A DNA stretch of 64,000 bases from an uncultured Methylomirabilota bacterium (lineage in GTDB: Bacteria > Methylomirabilota > Methylomirabilia > Methylomirabilales > 2-02-FULL-66-22), in NCBI GenBank assembly GCA_963705305.1, contig OY970067.1, positions 4,736,001-4,800,000 of the forward strand. The letters are read 5' to 3'. Positions within the stretch are counted from its first letter, which is position 1. Each line of letters begins with the position of its first letter. Shown here piece after piece: positions 46,606 through 56,788 of this stretch. The position numbers were made by a program, and so were the translations under genes. The notes under the pieces were generated by a model. The model saw nothing but the letters and a program-made list of their open reading frames with translations. It was not told the DNA's origin and searched no databases.

Positions 46606-47967
46606 TCAGATATTGCCGTTGCACTGGCACGCAGCCGCGATGGTCGGCGCGCCCGTGTTAGATGACGCCCGCTCCGTCCACTTGGGCATCGGCCAGATGG
46701 GCGGCGCGTCGGTCGCCACCAGCGATTCGGGGAACATCACCTTCAGCTTCATGTTCTGGTACTGCCCGCCGATCGTCCGGGTCCGTTCATTGTACCCCGT
46801 CTCGTCGAACTTGACGCCTTCCGGCCAGTGGATGAAGCGATCGCCCGTCTTCAGATCCAGCTTGGCCATGGCATCCCGGATGGCGACGCTGTCGTACGAC
46901 TTCGCCTTTTCGAAGGCATGGATGGCGACGCCAATGGCGAAGGCGCGCTCCAGAACGATCTTCTCGCCGCACATCTTCCGCTCGGCCTCGCTCGTGACCT
47001 TTGAGTAGAACGCTTTCAAGAAGGGCACCGCACCCTTGATCCGGTCGCCGATCGCCTCGGTCGAGAAGACGGGCACGCCGAAGGCGAAGTCGGCGTCCTT
47101 GCCTAGGTTCAGGAAGTCCGCCGTGTCGATGCAGGTGCAGGAGAAGGCGTACCCCAGCGGGTTGAAGTTCGTCGCCTTCATGGCCCGGACGATCATGGGC
47201 GATTCGTACGGGGTCGTGGAGCAGAACAGGGCGTCGGCGCCCGCCGCCTTGATCTTCGAGACCGTGTCCGAGAAGTCGGACACCTTGCCCGTGGGATAGA
47301 TCTCGTTGACGACGACCTCGATCCCCTGCGCCTTCAGGTGCTTGTCCCAGGCGTCGCTGGCCATCTCGCCGAAGCTTCCATCCTGGCAGAGCACGGCCGC
47401 CCGGGTCATGGGATGAGCCTTCTTCTTGCCGGTCGCGATGAAGAGATCCGCCACCGCCTTGGCGTTGATCGTCACCTTGGGCATGACGCCGAAGAAGAAC
47501 TTGTTGTTGAGCGTGTACAGCTCGTCGCTGTACTCGGTGGAGACCATCGGCACCTTGTAGCGCTCGATGGCGGGGAAGGCGCTCTTCGCCAGGGCGCTGG
47601 AGCCGGACACCAACAGGACGTGCGGCTTCCGGAGCGAGAGCATCTTCTCGGTTTCCGTCACCATCTTCTTGGGGTCGGACTCGCAATCCGAGTAGAAGAA
47701 CTCGAGCTTCGCCCCGCCCATCGACTTGATCCCGCCTGTCCGGTTCACCTCGTCCACGATGTACTTGAACACGATGACGGCGGGATACGCCCAGCCCGCG
47801 ATCGGCCCCGTGATGCCGCCGACGAAGCCGATCCGAAGCGGCGCGGGTCCAGTCGCCGCGTGGACGCGCGACGCCCGGAAGGGGCCCAAGGCGGACAGGG
47901 CGGGCAGCGCCGCGGCCGCCGCCGCGCCCTGAATGAACCGTCGCCGACTCACCTTTTCTGCCTTCAT
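46606..47967 (-). CDS. LivK-type ABC substrate-binding protein with Tat signal
   Basis: SRRRFIQ signal; IGFVGGITG...VNRTGGIKSMGGAKL; periplasmic binding protein 6 pattern. Confidence 0.85.
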   Translation of the reverse strand: MKAEKVSRRRFIQGAAAAAALPALSALGPFRASRVHAATGPAPLRIGFVGGITGPIAGWAYPAVIVFKYIVDEVNRTGGIKSMGGAKLEFFYSDCESDPKKMVTETEKMLSLRKPHVLLVSGSSALAKSAFPAIERYKVPMVSTEYSDELYTLNNKFFFGVMPKVTINAKAVADLFIATGKKKAHPMTRAAVLCQDGSFGEMASDAWDKHLKAQGIEVVVNEIYPTGKVSDFSDTVSKIKAAGADALFCSTTPYESPMIVRAMKATNFNPLGYAFSCTCIDTADFLNLGKDADFAFGVPVFSTEAIGDRIKGAVPFLKAFYSKVTSEAERKMCGEKIVLERAFAIGVAIHAFEKAKSYDSVAIRDAMAKLDLKTGDRFIHWPEGVKFDETGYNERTRTIGGQYQNMKLKVMFPESLVATDAPPIWPMPKWTERASSNTGAPTIAAACQCNGNI

Positions 47968-48094
47968 GCTGGCTCCTCCTTTCGGCTCGGTACGTGACGT
48001 TGGCTACTCCCCTCCCGCGGCTGCCCGCTGGCTCTCACCTCCTTCGCTCCCTGCTCACGCGTCCCTTCTCCACGGCCCCACCGCCGCCCTCGCC

Positions 48095-48803
48095 TCAGAC
48101 GCCCAGGTAGGCCTTTCGGACGCGCTCGTCGTTCAGGAGAATCCTTGCCCGCGCCCTCGAACCCGACGTGGCCGTTCTCCAGGATGTAGCCGTGCTGGGA
48201 GATGGCCAGGGCGCGCAGCGCGTTCTGCTCGACCAGGAGCACGGTGACGCCCTGGGCGTTGATCTCCTTCACCATTCGGAAGACGTCCCGCGCCACGAGG
48301 GGGCTCAACCCCAGGGAGGGCTCGTCCAGCAGCAAGAGCTTCGGGCAGGACATGAAGCCCCGCCCCACCGCCAGCATCTGCTGCTCGCCGCCGCTCAGGG
48401 AGCCGGCCCGCTGGGCCCGGCGGGTCTTCAGGACCGGGAACAGGCCGAAGACGAACTCCAGGGAGGCGGCCTTCTTCCCGCGGGTCGCAGCACTGATGGC
48501 GGCGCCCATCTCCAGATTCTCGAAGACCGTGAGGTTTGGAAACAGCTCCCGCCCCTCCGGCACGTGAACCAGTCCCCGCGCCGCGATCTCGTGGGGCGCG
48601 AGGTGCTCGATACGCTCGCCACAGAACTCCACGCTCCCTGCTCTCGCCCGGTTGTATCCGGAGATCGTCAACAGCGTGGTAGACTTCCCCGCCCCGTTCG
48701 AGCCGATGATGCTGGTGATCTCCCCCGCCGGCACCGCAAACCGGAGGTTGTGCAGGATCGGCACGTTGCCGTAGGCGAAGCTCAGGCCCTCCACCTTCAG
48801 CAT
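48095..48803 (-). CDS. livF: LivF-type ABC ATPase (apparent single-base frameshift near 48141)
   Basis: GSNGAGKST, LSGGEQQM, LLLDEPSLGL; canonical tail LLNDERVRKAYLGV* lies in the shifted frame. Confidence 0.88.
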
Positions 48804-49526
48804 TTATCCTTTATCCTCCTCGCCGAGATAGATCCGGATGACCTCGGGATTCGCCAGGACGTCCCGCGTCTCCCCCTCCACGATCTTCTGCCCGGAGTTC
48901 ATCACCACGACGTGCTCGCAGAGGTTCACCACCGCGCGCATGACGTGCTCGACGACCAGCAGGGTCGTGCCCGCCGTGTGCACCTTCTTCAGGAGCTGGA
49001 TCAGGTGGCCCTGCTCCACGGCGTTCATCCCACCCATCGGTTCGTCCAGCAGGAGGAGCTTGGGCTTCGTCGCCAGGGCCTTGGCCACCTCCAGGTGCTT
49101 CAGTTCGTGGACGCGGAGGGAGCCGGCCAGCGCATCCCGCTTCCCGCTCATCCCCAGGAACTCGACGATCTCCTCGGCCTCGCTCCGCGCCGTGCTCACG
49201 GACTGCGTCCGGCTCAGTGCGCCGACCAGGACGTTGTCCACCACCGACATCTCCGGGAACATTTTGGGAATCTGGAAGGTCCGGGCCAGCCCCTTGGCGC
49301 AGCGCTCGTGGCTGCCCAGCCTGGTCACCGGCTCGCCGGCGAAGAGGACCTCGCCCTCATCCGGCCGGTAGAAGCCGGAGGCGATGTTGAAGAGGGTGGT
49401 TTTGCCCGCGCCATTGGGTCCGATAAGCCCGTAAATCTTCCCTTCCTCGATCAGGATACTCATCCCGTCGACCGCGACCAAGCCGCCAAACGTCTTCCGG
49501 ACATTGCGTAGCTCGAGGAGCGCCAT
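48804..49526 (-). CDS. livG: LivG-type ABC ATPase
   Basis: FGGLVAV, GPNGAGKTT, ARTFQ, LLLDEP, VIRIYLG. Confidence 0.9.
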   Translation of the reverse strand: MALLELRNVRKTFGGLVAVDGMSILIEEGKIYGLIGPNGAGKTTLFNIASGFYRPDEGEVLFAGEPVTRLGSHERCAKGLARTFQIPKMFPEMSVVDNVLVGALSRTQSVSTARSEAEEIVEFLGMSGKRDALAGSLRVHELKHLEVAKALATKPKLLLLDEPMGGMNAVEQGHLIQLLKKVHTAGTTLLVVEHVMRAVVNLCEHVVVMNSGQKIVEGETRDVLANPEVIRIYLGEEDKG

Positions 49527-49534
49527 GGTCCTTC

Positions 49535-50560
49535 TCACTCGCCCAGGGTAGGCTGTGCCAGCCGGTCCGGGGCCTGCCACTTCTTCGTCCACCGGCCCGC
49601 CAGCCACGGCCCGATGCCATTCGGGAGGAACTTCGCGACGAGGCAGAGGATGGTGCCCCAGCCCACCAGCACGAGGGCGAAGCTGCTCATGCCACCCAGC
49701 GCCTCCGCGCTGAAGGTCAAGGCCTCCTTGACCGCCGTCAACATGGCGATCCCGATCACCGGCCCGTAGACGGTGCCCCTACCGCCCAAGAGCGTGCCCA
49801 GCATGAGCGTCGTGCTGAACATTATGCCGAAGACGTTGTATGGGCTGGCATACCGCAGGGCCAGCACATACACCCCACCGCCGATGCCTGTCAAGAAGGC
49901 GCTCGAGGTCATGGCCAGGACCTTGACCATGGTGACGTTGATGCCGAGGGCCGAGGAGGCATCCTCGCTCTGGCGGGTCGCCCGCAGGTACCAGCCCAGC
50001 CAGGAGCGCTCGATCTGCCGGGTGATCAGGATCATGGCCACCACCAGTACCAGCGCCATGTAGTAGTAGGGCACCACGCCCATGAACTGGAGCTTGAAGG
50101 GGTCCTCGACCGAGGGGAGTGGGACGCCCATCCCCCGGCCCAGGTAGCGGGATCGCGTGGCGATGGCGCTAAGGATCTCGGCGAAGAGGATCGTGCTGAC
50201 CGCGAAGTAGAATCCTTGGATTCGGAAGCGGCAGATCGTCCAGCTCAGCAGATAGCCGAAGACCGCCGAGATGGCGCCGCCCAGGAGCATGCCCGCCCAG
50301 CCGGGCAGCCCGTAGTAAACCAGGGGAATCGCGGTGGCATAGGCCCCGATCCCGATGAAGGCAGCGTGACCGAAGGAGATCAAGCCCCCGTAGCCGCCCG
50401 AGATGTTCCAGGCTCCGCAGAGATAGGCCGTGATCAGGCCGAACAGCACCACCTGGGTCACGTAGTTGCCCACCAGAAAGGGCACCATCACGAGCAGGAG
50501 CAGCACCGCAAGGGGCGCGACGAGGGCGGAAGCGCTGGCACCGTTCTTGGCTGTTGTCAT
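49535..50560 (-). CDS. livM: LivM-type ABC permease
   Basis: WNISGGYGGLISFGHAAF, LLGGRGTVYGP. Confidence 0.87.
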   Translation of the reverse strand: MTTAKNGASASALVAPLAVLLLLVMVPFLVGNYVTQVVLFGLITAYLCGAWNISGGYGGLISFGHAAFIGIGAYATAIPLVYYGLPGWAGMLLGGAISAVFGYLLSWTICRFRIQGFYFAVSTILFAEILSAIATRSRYLGRGMGVPLPSVEDPFKLQFMGVVPYYYMALVLVVAMILITRQIERSWLGWYLRATRQSEDASSALGINVTMVKVLAMTSSAFLTGIGGGVYVLALRYASPYNVFGIMFSTTLMLGTLLGGRGTVYGPVIGIAMLTAVKEALTFSAEALGGMSSFALVLVGWGTILCLVAKFLPNGIGPWLAGRWTKKWQAPDRLAQPTLGE

Positions 50561-50592
50561 GTTCTGCTTTCTGTCCCTGGGTGGGGCGGCCC

Positions 50593-51474
50593 CTACTTGG
50601 CGAAGGACTTGCCCCGGCCTAGGACCCCAGTCGGACGGAACATCAGCAGGCCCAGCATGATCGCGTAGAGGACGAGCCGGGACATGGTCAGGTCGTAAAA
50701 CATCTGCTGAAAGCTCATAAGCAGACCCATGATAAAGCCTGCCACCAGCGAGCCTTTCATATCCCCTGCGCCTCCGAGAACCGCCACCAGGCACGCCAAG
50801 ATAGCGTATTCAAACCCCAGATCGGGATAGATGGGAACGAGGGGGGCAAAGGCCAGGCCGGCGACCGCGGAACACACCAGGCTAATTCCAATAGCAATCG
50901 TGTACATTCGATTCACATTCAACCCGATGATCAATGCTCCCCTTCTATTGTCTGCACAGGCCCGAATGGTCTTCCCGGTTTCCGTTCTTCGAAAGAACGT
51001 TTCCATGCCTATCACAAATGCGACCGATACTCCGGCACCCACGATCATCGATGTCTTCAGAGATACCTCTCCCAAGAATACAACTCGCTCCAGCCAGTTC
51101 GAGCTCAGCAATATCGATGTGGGGCCGAAGATAATCAAGGCCAAGTTGGACAAAGCGATCAACAGGCCGAGGGCAAACACAAGTTGCATCTCGTGCTCGA
51201 TGTTGAGGATGTATCGGAGCAGCGCCTTGTATAGCAGGACGCCAAACACGTACGCCAGAGTGAAGAGAAACACAAATCCCGGATACGGTCCGACGCCAGT
51301 GTATTTGGCAATGACGAATAGTAGGTACATCCCCCACAGCGCGAACACTCCATGGGTAAAGAGCGGTAGATCTACGATCCCATAGACGAGGGTAAACCCC
51401 ATCCCCAGGACTCCGTAGATGGCGCCCATCAAGATTCCGCTCAGGATCGCTCGGACGATCAGCTCGGTAGTCAT
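50593..51474 (-). CDS. livH: LivH-type ABC permease
   Basis: GILMGAIYG...GFTLVYGI, TGKTIRA, VLGGAG. Confidence 0.87.
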   Translation of the reverse strand: MTTELIVRAILSGILMGAIYGVLGMGFTLVYGIVDLPLFTHGVFALWGMYLLFVIAKYTGVGPYPGFVFLFTLAYVFGVLLYKALLRYILNIEHEMQLVFALGLLIALSNLALIIFGPTSILLSSNWLERVVFLGEVSLKTSMIVGAGVSVAFVIGMETFFRRTETGKTIRACADNRRGALIIGLNVNRMYTIAIGISLVCSAVAGLAFAPLVPIYPDLGFEYAILACLVAVLGGAGDMKGSLVAGFIMGLLMSFQQMFYDLTMSRLVLYAIMLGLLMFRPTGVLGRGKSFAK

Positions 51475-51536
51475 CGCGCTTTCCTCGGCCCTCGCCGCTC
51501 TCGGGGCCGGCCGGCTGCCCCCAGCCCCCCGCTCCC

Positions 51537-51830
51537 CTAGGCGGGCGGCGGATAGGAACGATGCTGGAAGACCCGCTTGTCGCGGGCGGGCAGGATCCGG
51601 CCCCGGCGGCCCTGCGCCTTCGCCTCGATCCGGGCCATGTTGTTCCAGGCCGCCAGCAGATCGGTGAAGAGTCCAATCGGCAAGTACTTCAGCTTCTTGG
51701 CGGGGTCACCCTCCAGGTTCTCGTAGCAGGAGACAGCATCCCCCGTAATGACGTAGGGCCCGGCGCCGGCACGGCTATGAGGCCCGGCCGGATCTCCTGC
51801 TCCTCCAGCCGGATGGTCTGCAGCCGGGGC
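51537..51830 (-). pseudogene. 3' fragment of a second AHL-lactonase-like paralog
   Basis: EQEIRPG...GPYVITGDAVSCYENLEGDPAKKLKYLP parallels 45110-45910; the TPGHS segment is deleted. Confidence 0.8.
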
Positions 51831-52226
51831 AACTTGGACAAGCCCAACGGGCTGGTCTTCTCCCCGGACGAGCGCAGCCTGTACGTCGCGGACACCGGGG
51901 TCAGCCACTGCCCGGGCGGCCCTCACCACATCGTCGCCTTCGATGTGGTGGAGGGCTCCCGCCTGGCCAACCACTGCGTCTTCGCCGAGATCATCCCCGG
52001 CGTGGCGGACGGCTTCCGGGTGGATACCGAGGGCAACATCTGGACGAGCGCCGGCGACGGCGTGCACTGCTATGCGCCAGATGGCGAGCTGATCGGGAAG
52101 ATCCACTTCCCGGAGGTCATCACCAACCTGGCCTTCGGCGGCCGCAAACGGAATCGGATTTTCGCCACCGGCGGCTCGGCGGTCTACGCCGTCTACGTCG
52201 GACAGAGCGAGGCGCAGCGGCCCTGA
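51828..52226 (+). pseudogene. 3' fragment of an SMP-30/gluconolactonase
   Basis: KPNGLVFSPDERSLYVADT, ADGFRVDTEGNIW, TNLAFGG; no N-terminal half. Confidence 0.8.
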
Positions 52227-52296
52227 AGCGGGCGGGCGCCGGCGGGAGCGCGCGGCCGGCGGTCGGAGGGTCGAGCATGTGGACGATCTATCCGTA

Positions 52297-52428
52297 GGCC
52301 TCTGTTGCGTGATCGGCGCCAAGGCCGCCGGCGCCCGCCAGGTGATCATCACCGGGCTCAGCCGAGATGCCACGAAGCTGGCCCTGGCCAAGGAGCTGGG
52401 CGCCGACGCCGCAGCACCGCCGCCTTGA
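52297..52428 (+). pseudogene. Internal fragment of a zinc-binding dehydrogenase
   Basis: GLCCVIGAKAAGARQVIITGLSRDATKLALAKELGAD. Confidence 0.65.
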
Positions 52429-52495
52429 TAGTATCCGCCATGTCGATCCCCCTTCGTGGTTCTGCTGATCCTTCGAGTCCTCATCAGTGTCCGGA

Positions 52496-53302
52496 CTAGC
52501 GCGCAGAGCTCTCGTACCCTCGTGCGGGGCTGCTGATCGTGACGCCCCCGTCCACGGGAAGGACTACCCCGGTGATGTACCGCGCCTCGTCAGAGGCGAG
52601 GAACAGGGCGGCGTATCCGACATCCCAGCCGGTGCCCTCGATACCTAAGGGAGACGCGCGCCGGCGGAGGTCGCGGGCTTCTGCGCTCATGCCGGCGCTG
52701 GACACCATTGGGGTGTACATGGGCCCTGGCGCGATACAGTTCACCCGAACGCCGTCTTTCGCGTGGTCGATGGCCATAGCGCGCGTGAGCGCAATGACCG
52801 CCCCCTTCGAGGCGGAGTACGGGGTCAAGCCGCGCGGACGCAGTGCGCTGATCGATGAGATGTTTATAATGGCACCTCCCCCGCCCGCCGCCATGGCCGG
52901 CACGGCATACTTGCCGGTCAGCAATATGCTCTTGACATTCACGGTCATCACCCGGTCCCAGTCCTCCTCCCCCGTGGTCACGACCGTACCGGGTCCTTCG
53001 ATGCCGACGTTGTTGTCGAGGACGTCCAGCCGACCCCAGCGGCGCGTCGCGCGGTCCACCATGGCGCGGCAGCGGTCGGCATCCGTCACGTCTCCCGGAA
53101 AGACTTCCGCCTCTCCACCCTCCTCTTTGATGGCCGCCAGCGTCTCCTCGGCTGCGCCCGGGTTCTGGTCCACCAGAAGAACTTTCGCGCCTTCCCGCGC
53201 AAACAGAATCGCCGCGGCGCGGCCGTTTCCGATCCCTGCGCCCCGGGATCCCGCCCCAGTGACAATCGCCACTTTGCCTTCAAGTCGGAGTTTGGCTGTC
53301 AT
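52496..53302 (-). CDS. SDR-family oxidoreductase
   Basis: TGAGSRGAGIG, NNVG, YSASK, RVNCIAPG, VDGG. Confidence 0.92.
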   Translation of the reverse strand: MTAKLRLEGKVAIVTGAGSRGAGIGNGRAAAILFAREGAKVLLVDQNPGAAEETLAAIKEEGGEAEVFPGDVTDADRCRAMVDRATRRWGRLDVLDNNVGIEGPGTVVTTGEEDWDRVMTVNVKSILLTGKYAVPAMAAGGGGAIINISSISALRPRGLTPYSASKGAVIALTRAMAIDHAKDGVRVNCIAPGPMYTPMVSSAGMSAEARDLRRRASPLGIEGTGWDVGYAALFLASDEARYITGVVLPVDGGVTISSPARGYESSAR

Positions 53303-53841
53303 GTGATCACCCTTTCGCGAGTCAGGCTGGTCTCCTCCCGGGTTCCGCGTCAAGCTCAGTGCCTCCACCCTTAATCTCCGGCTAACGTCGCAGGCCGGTA
53401 GCGCACATGAGTCGCGCCCGCATTCATGGTTGCGGGGCCGGCTGCCCGCCTCGGACCTGGTCGCACCCGACGGGTGGCGCCCCGTAGAGGCGATGCACAA
53501 GTTAGCCGGAGATTTGGGCTCCACGTACTTGTGCCTCGCGCATGGTTCCGGCAATCCCAGCACTCAGACCGCCACACAGGTGACCCATGCCGACGGGGCT
53601 TGGAAAGAATCGCCCTTGGACGCAAGGGTGCGAGAGCGGCGGGGCTCCGGTTCTGGCTGTTCGGGTGGAGATCAGGTCGGGAGGCGGAATGGTGGACAGG
53701 CGCCCAGGCAGGCCCGTGAAAAGCTGCGGCGGCTCGATTCTGGTATACCGGGACTCGCCCCGTAACATGGACGCCAACAATCCAATCCATGCGATCTCCC
53801 GCCTGCCGCTAGGATTCCGGACAACACCGCCGGGGGCGCGC

Positions 53842-54678
53842 TCACGCGCTACTTAACGTGCGAAAATGCCTGGTCTGATAGTCGCGAGGTGGTTTCGCGC
53901 CGAGCTTCGCCATGATTTCCTGAGCATACCTGATCACCAGTTTCGCGAACGCCGGGACCATCGTGTCGTCGAAGCGATTCTCAGGGACCGACAGATTCAG
54001 CTCGCCGATAATGTTGCCGTTCGGACCCCAGATCGGCGCCCCGACGGCCACGGAGCCCTTGGTTCGTTGCCCACGCGAGAACGCGTACCCGCGCGCGCGC
54101 ACCCGCGCCAGCTCTTCTTCGAGCGCGACAGCATCGGTGATCGTGGTGTCCGTAATCCGCAGCAGGCCGTGCCGCTTTACGATTGCGCCGCGCTCCTCCG
54201 GGGGCAGAAACGCCATCACGGCCAATCCGCTCGCACCGGCATGGACGGGGATCCATTCGTTCATCGGGACGATATACCGAATCGGGTGGCTGGAATCGAT
54301 AAAGGTGAGAAACATCATCTGGAGGCGAGAGGAATCGTAGTACCCGAGGAACGCAGCCTCGTTGCACTTGGCGACCAGTTCGCGCATGATCGGCACGGCC
54401 ACGTTTCGCAGCGCGAAGTCGGCCTGAACCTTCAAGGCCAACCGGTAAAACTCCGCCCCGATCTGGTAGTGCCCCGAAACGGTGCTCCGATGCACGAAGC
54501 CGTGCTTGGTGAGCCCCCTCAGGGTCCGATGCAGGGTCGCGGGCGGCCAGCCTAGTTCCCGCGCAAGGTGCCGAACTCCCCATTCTTTCACCCGGCCGCC
54601 ACTGGAGCCGTCAACCATGCAGGAGATGACTTGCACGGCCCTGCCGAGCCCGTCGCGCTGGCCTGAATTGCTTCCCAT
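53842..54678 (-). CDS. IclR-family transcriptional regulator
   Basis: HTH GVRHLARELGWPPATLHRTL; HAGASG; ELARVRARGYA. Confidence 0.9.
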   Translation of the reverse strand: MGSNSGQRDGLGRAVQVISCMVDGSSGGRVKEWGVRHLARELGWPPATLHRTLRGLTKHGFVHRSTVSGHYQIGAEFYRLALKVQADFALRNVAVPIMRELVAKCNEAAFLGYYDSSRLQMMFLTFIDSSHPIRYIVPMNEWIPVHAGASGLAVMAFLPPEERGAIVKRHGLLRITDTTITDAVALEEELARVRARGYAFSRGQRTKGSVAVGAPIWGPNGNIIGELNLSVPENRFDDTMVPAFAKLVIRYAQEIMAKLGAKPPRDYQTRHFRTLSSA

Positions 54679-54798
54679 GCGGGCCCTGCTCTCCGCGACG
54701 CGTGCTCCCTTCAGAGAAACACGCATATCGTTTAGAAGTACGTATCTCAACCCCGCGGCCGATGTCAAGAGGAATTTGAGCCCCCCTCAACGGCCGCC

Positions 54799-55637
54799 AT
54801 GAACGGCTACCCGGTGACCACGCTGCGCGAAGGCGACAAGCAGATCCCGGTGGTCACCCGGTTGCGCATCGGAGAACGCGCGCAGCTCGCCGACGTTCAG
54901 AACCTCTATGTGTATGCGTCGCACGGGTCCCAGAAAGTGCCGCTGCGGTCGATTTCCACGATCGAGCACAGTCTGGACACCGAGCGCATCGTTCGGTTGG
55001 AGCACTTCCGCACGATTTCGGTACGCTGCTTTCCGATCGCAGGCAAGCTGGCCTCCGAAGTCCTGGCGGCGGCCCGGCCGCAGCTCGCGCAGTTCGCGAA
55101 ATCCTTGCCACCGGGATACACGATGCAGATCGGCGGCGAGGATGACAAACAGAAGAGCGGATTCAGGGATCTTACGGTCGTCCTGGCGATCTCGGTGTTT
55201 GTGATCTTCCTGGCCCTGCTCTTCCAGTTCAACAGTGCGGTGAAGCCGCTCCTCGTCTTTGCCGCCGTGCCCTACGGCGTGGTCGGGGCGCTCGCGGCGC
55301 TGTGGATCATGGGCACGCCGTTCGGCTTCATGGCCTTCCTGGGCGTGGCCAGCCTGGTGGGCGTGATCGTCAGCCACGTGATCGTGCTGTTCGATTTCAT
55401 CGAGGAAAAGCACGAGGAGGGGGAGCCATTCGAGGAAGCGGTGATCGATGCCGGCATCATCCGCTTGCGCTCCACGGGGGACCACTCTGGCAACCGCTCT
55501 GCTATACGCAGATTGGCGGATTGACCGTCGCGACGTTCATCACGTTGTTGATGGTGCCGGTCCTGTACGCGATCTTCGTTCTGGACCTCAAGATTCTGAA
55601 ATGGGAAACGAAGGTCGTGCGCAGCGGCAAGGAGTAA
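54799..55637 (+). pseudogene. C-terminal fragment of an AcrB/RND efflux permease
   Basis: LPPGYTMQIGGE, LLFQFNS, AGIIRLR then frameshift to GPLWQPLCYTQIGGL; internal deletion. Confidence 0.82.
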
Positions 55638-55704
55638 GCCGCGCGGCGTTGAGCTTCCGGCGCGCCTCTGATGGGAGGGTGAGTGGGGCGGAGCGTATAT
55701 ATAA

Positions 55705-56787
55705 ATGGTGCCCCCAGGGGGACACATGCGCTGGTGGCCAGAGGACCTCAAGCGCCGGGAGGGAGACGTTACCTCCGGGCGGCCCGTGAGCCCTCGCGCC
55801 AGCCGGGTCAAGGTGGAGGAAATCCTCCAAGATCTCTTGAACGAATACCGCACGAACGAGCGCCGGAGCCTTGAGGGGGTGACGCGCGCCGTGGCCCGGC
55901 TGGACGCGGCACTCGGGGCCCGGCGGGCGCACGACCTGACCTCTGCCGACGTGCGAACCTACACGGCCGAACGCCAGAAGGAAGGTGCGGCGAACGCCAC
56001 CATTAACCGCGAGCTGGCCGCCCTCAAGCGAGCGTTGAATCTGGCCGTCAAAGAGGAAAAGATCCTCCGCCGCCCCTACATCCCCATGCTGGCGGAGCAC
56101 AACGTCAGGACCGGCTTTTTCGGAGAAGTCGAATTCCTGGCCCTCCATGATGCCCTCCCTGCCCCGCTGAATCACGTTCTCGCATTCGGCTACACCTACG
56201 GCTGGCGGAAATCGGAAATCCTCGGCTTGCGGTGGGAGCACGTGGACTTCACGGCCGGGACGGTCCGGCTGGATCCGGGCACCACCAAGAACCGCGAGGG
56301 GCGCACAGTCGTCTTGACCGCCAGCCTCCGAGATACCCTCCGCCGGCTGTGGGAGGAAACCCGGGCCCTGGCCGAGCGCAAGGGAAAGCCGATCCCGTGG
56401 GTATTCCACCGGGACGGCGAGCCTGTCCGGGACTTCCGCGGGGCCTGGGAGACCGCCTGCATTGCGGCCGGCCTGTGCCGGGTGGAGACGGAAAACGGCG
56501 AAGAACGGAAGATCCCGACGCGGCTGTTTCACGACCTCCGCCGGACGGCCGTCCGGAACATGGTCCGCGCCAGCATTCCCGAGCGGGTGGCTATGAGCAT
56601 CACCGGACACAAGACGCGGAGCGTGTTTGATCGGTACGACATCGTTAGCGAGTTGGACCTCCGGCAAGCGGCGGAGAAACTCGGCGGGCAACCCGTGGCC
56701 GAAGGCGCCACGGGCACAATTCCGGGCACAGCGGAGGCAGCCGAGGCCTTGTTGAAATCGGCCCTGGACGCTAACCCATCGGTTTAA
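55705..56787 (+). CDS. Tyrosine recombinase/integrase, apparently N-terminally truncated
   Basis: NATINRELAALKR, GWRKSEI, TTKN, FHDLRR, TGHK, FDRY; stop abuts the tRNA-Leu 3' end. Confidence 0.92.
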   Translation: MVPPGGHMRWWPEDLKRREGDVTSGRPVSPRASRVKVEEILQDLLNEYRTNERRSLEGVTRAVARLDAALGARRAHDLTSADVRTYTAERQKEGAANATINRELAALKRALNLAVKEEKILRRPYIPMLAEHNVRTGFFGEVEFLALHDALPAPLNHVLAFGYTYGWRKSEILGLRWEHVDFTAGTVRLDPGTTKNREGRTVVLTASLRDTLRRLWEETRALAERKGKPIPWVFHRDGEPVRDFRGAWETACIAAGLCRVETENGEERKIPTRLFHDLRRTAVRNMVRASIPERVAMSITGHKTRSVFDRYDIVSELDLRQAAEKLGGQPVAEGATGTIPGTAEAAEALLKSALDANPSV

Positions 56788-56788
56788 T

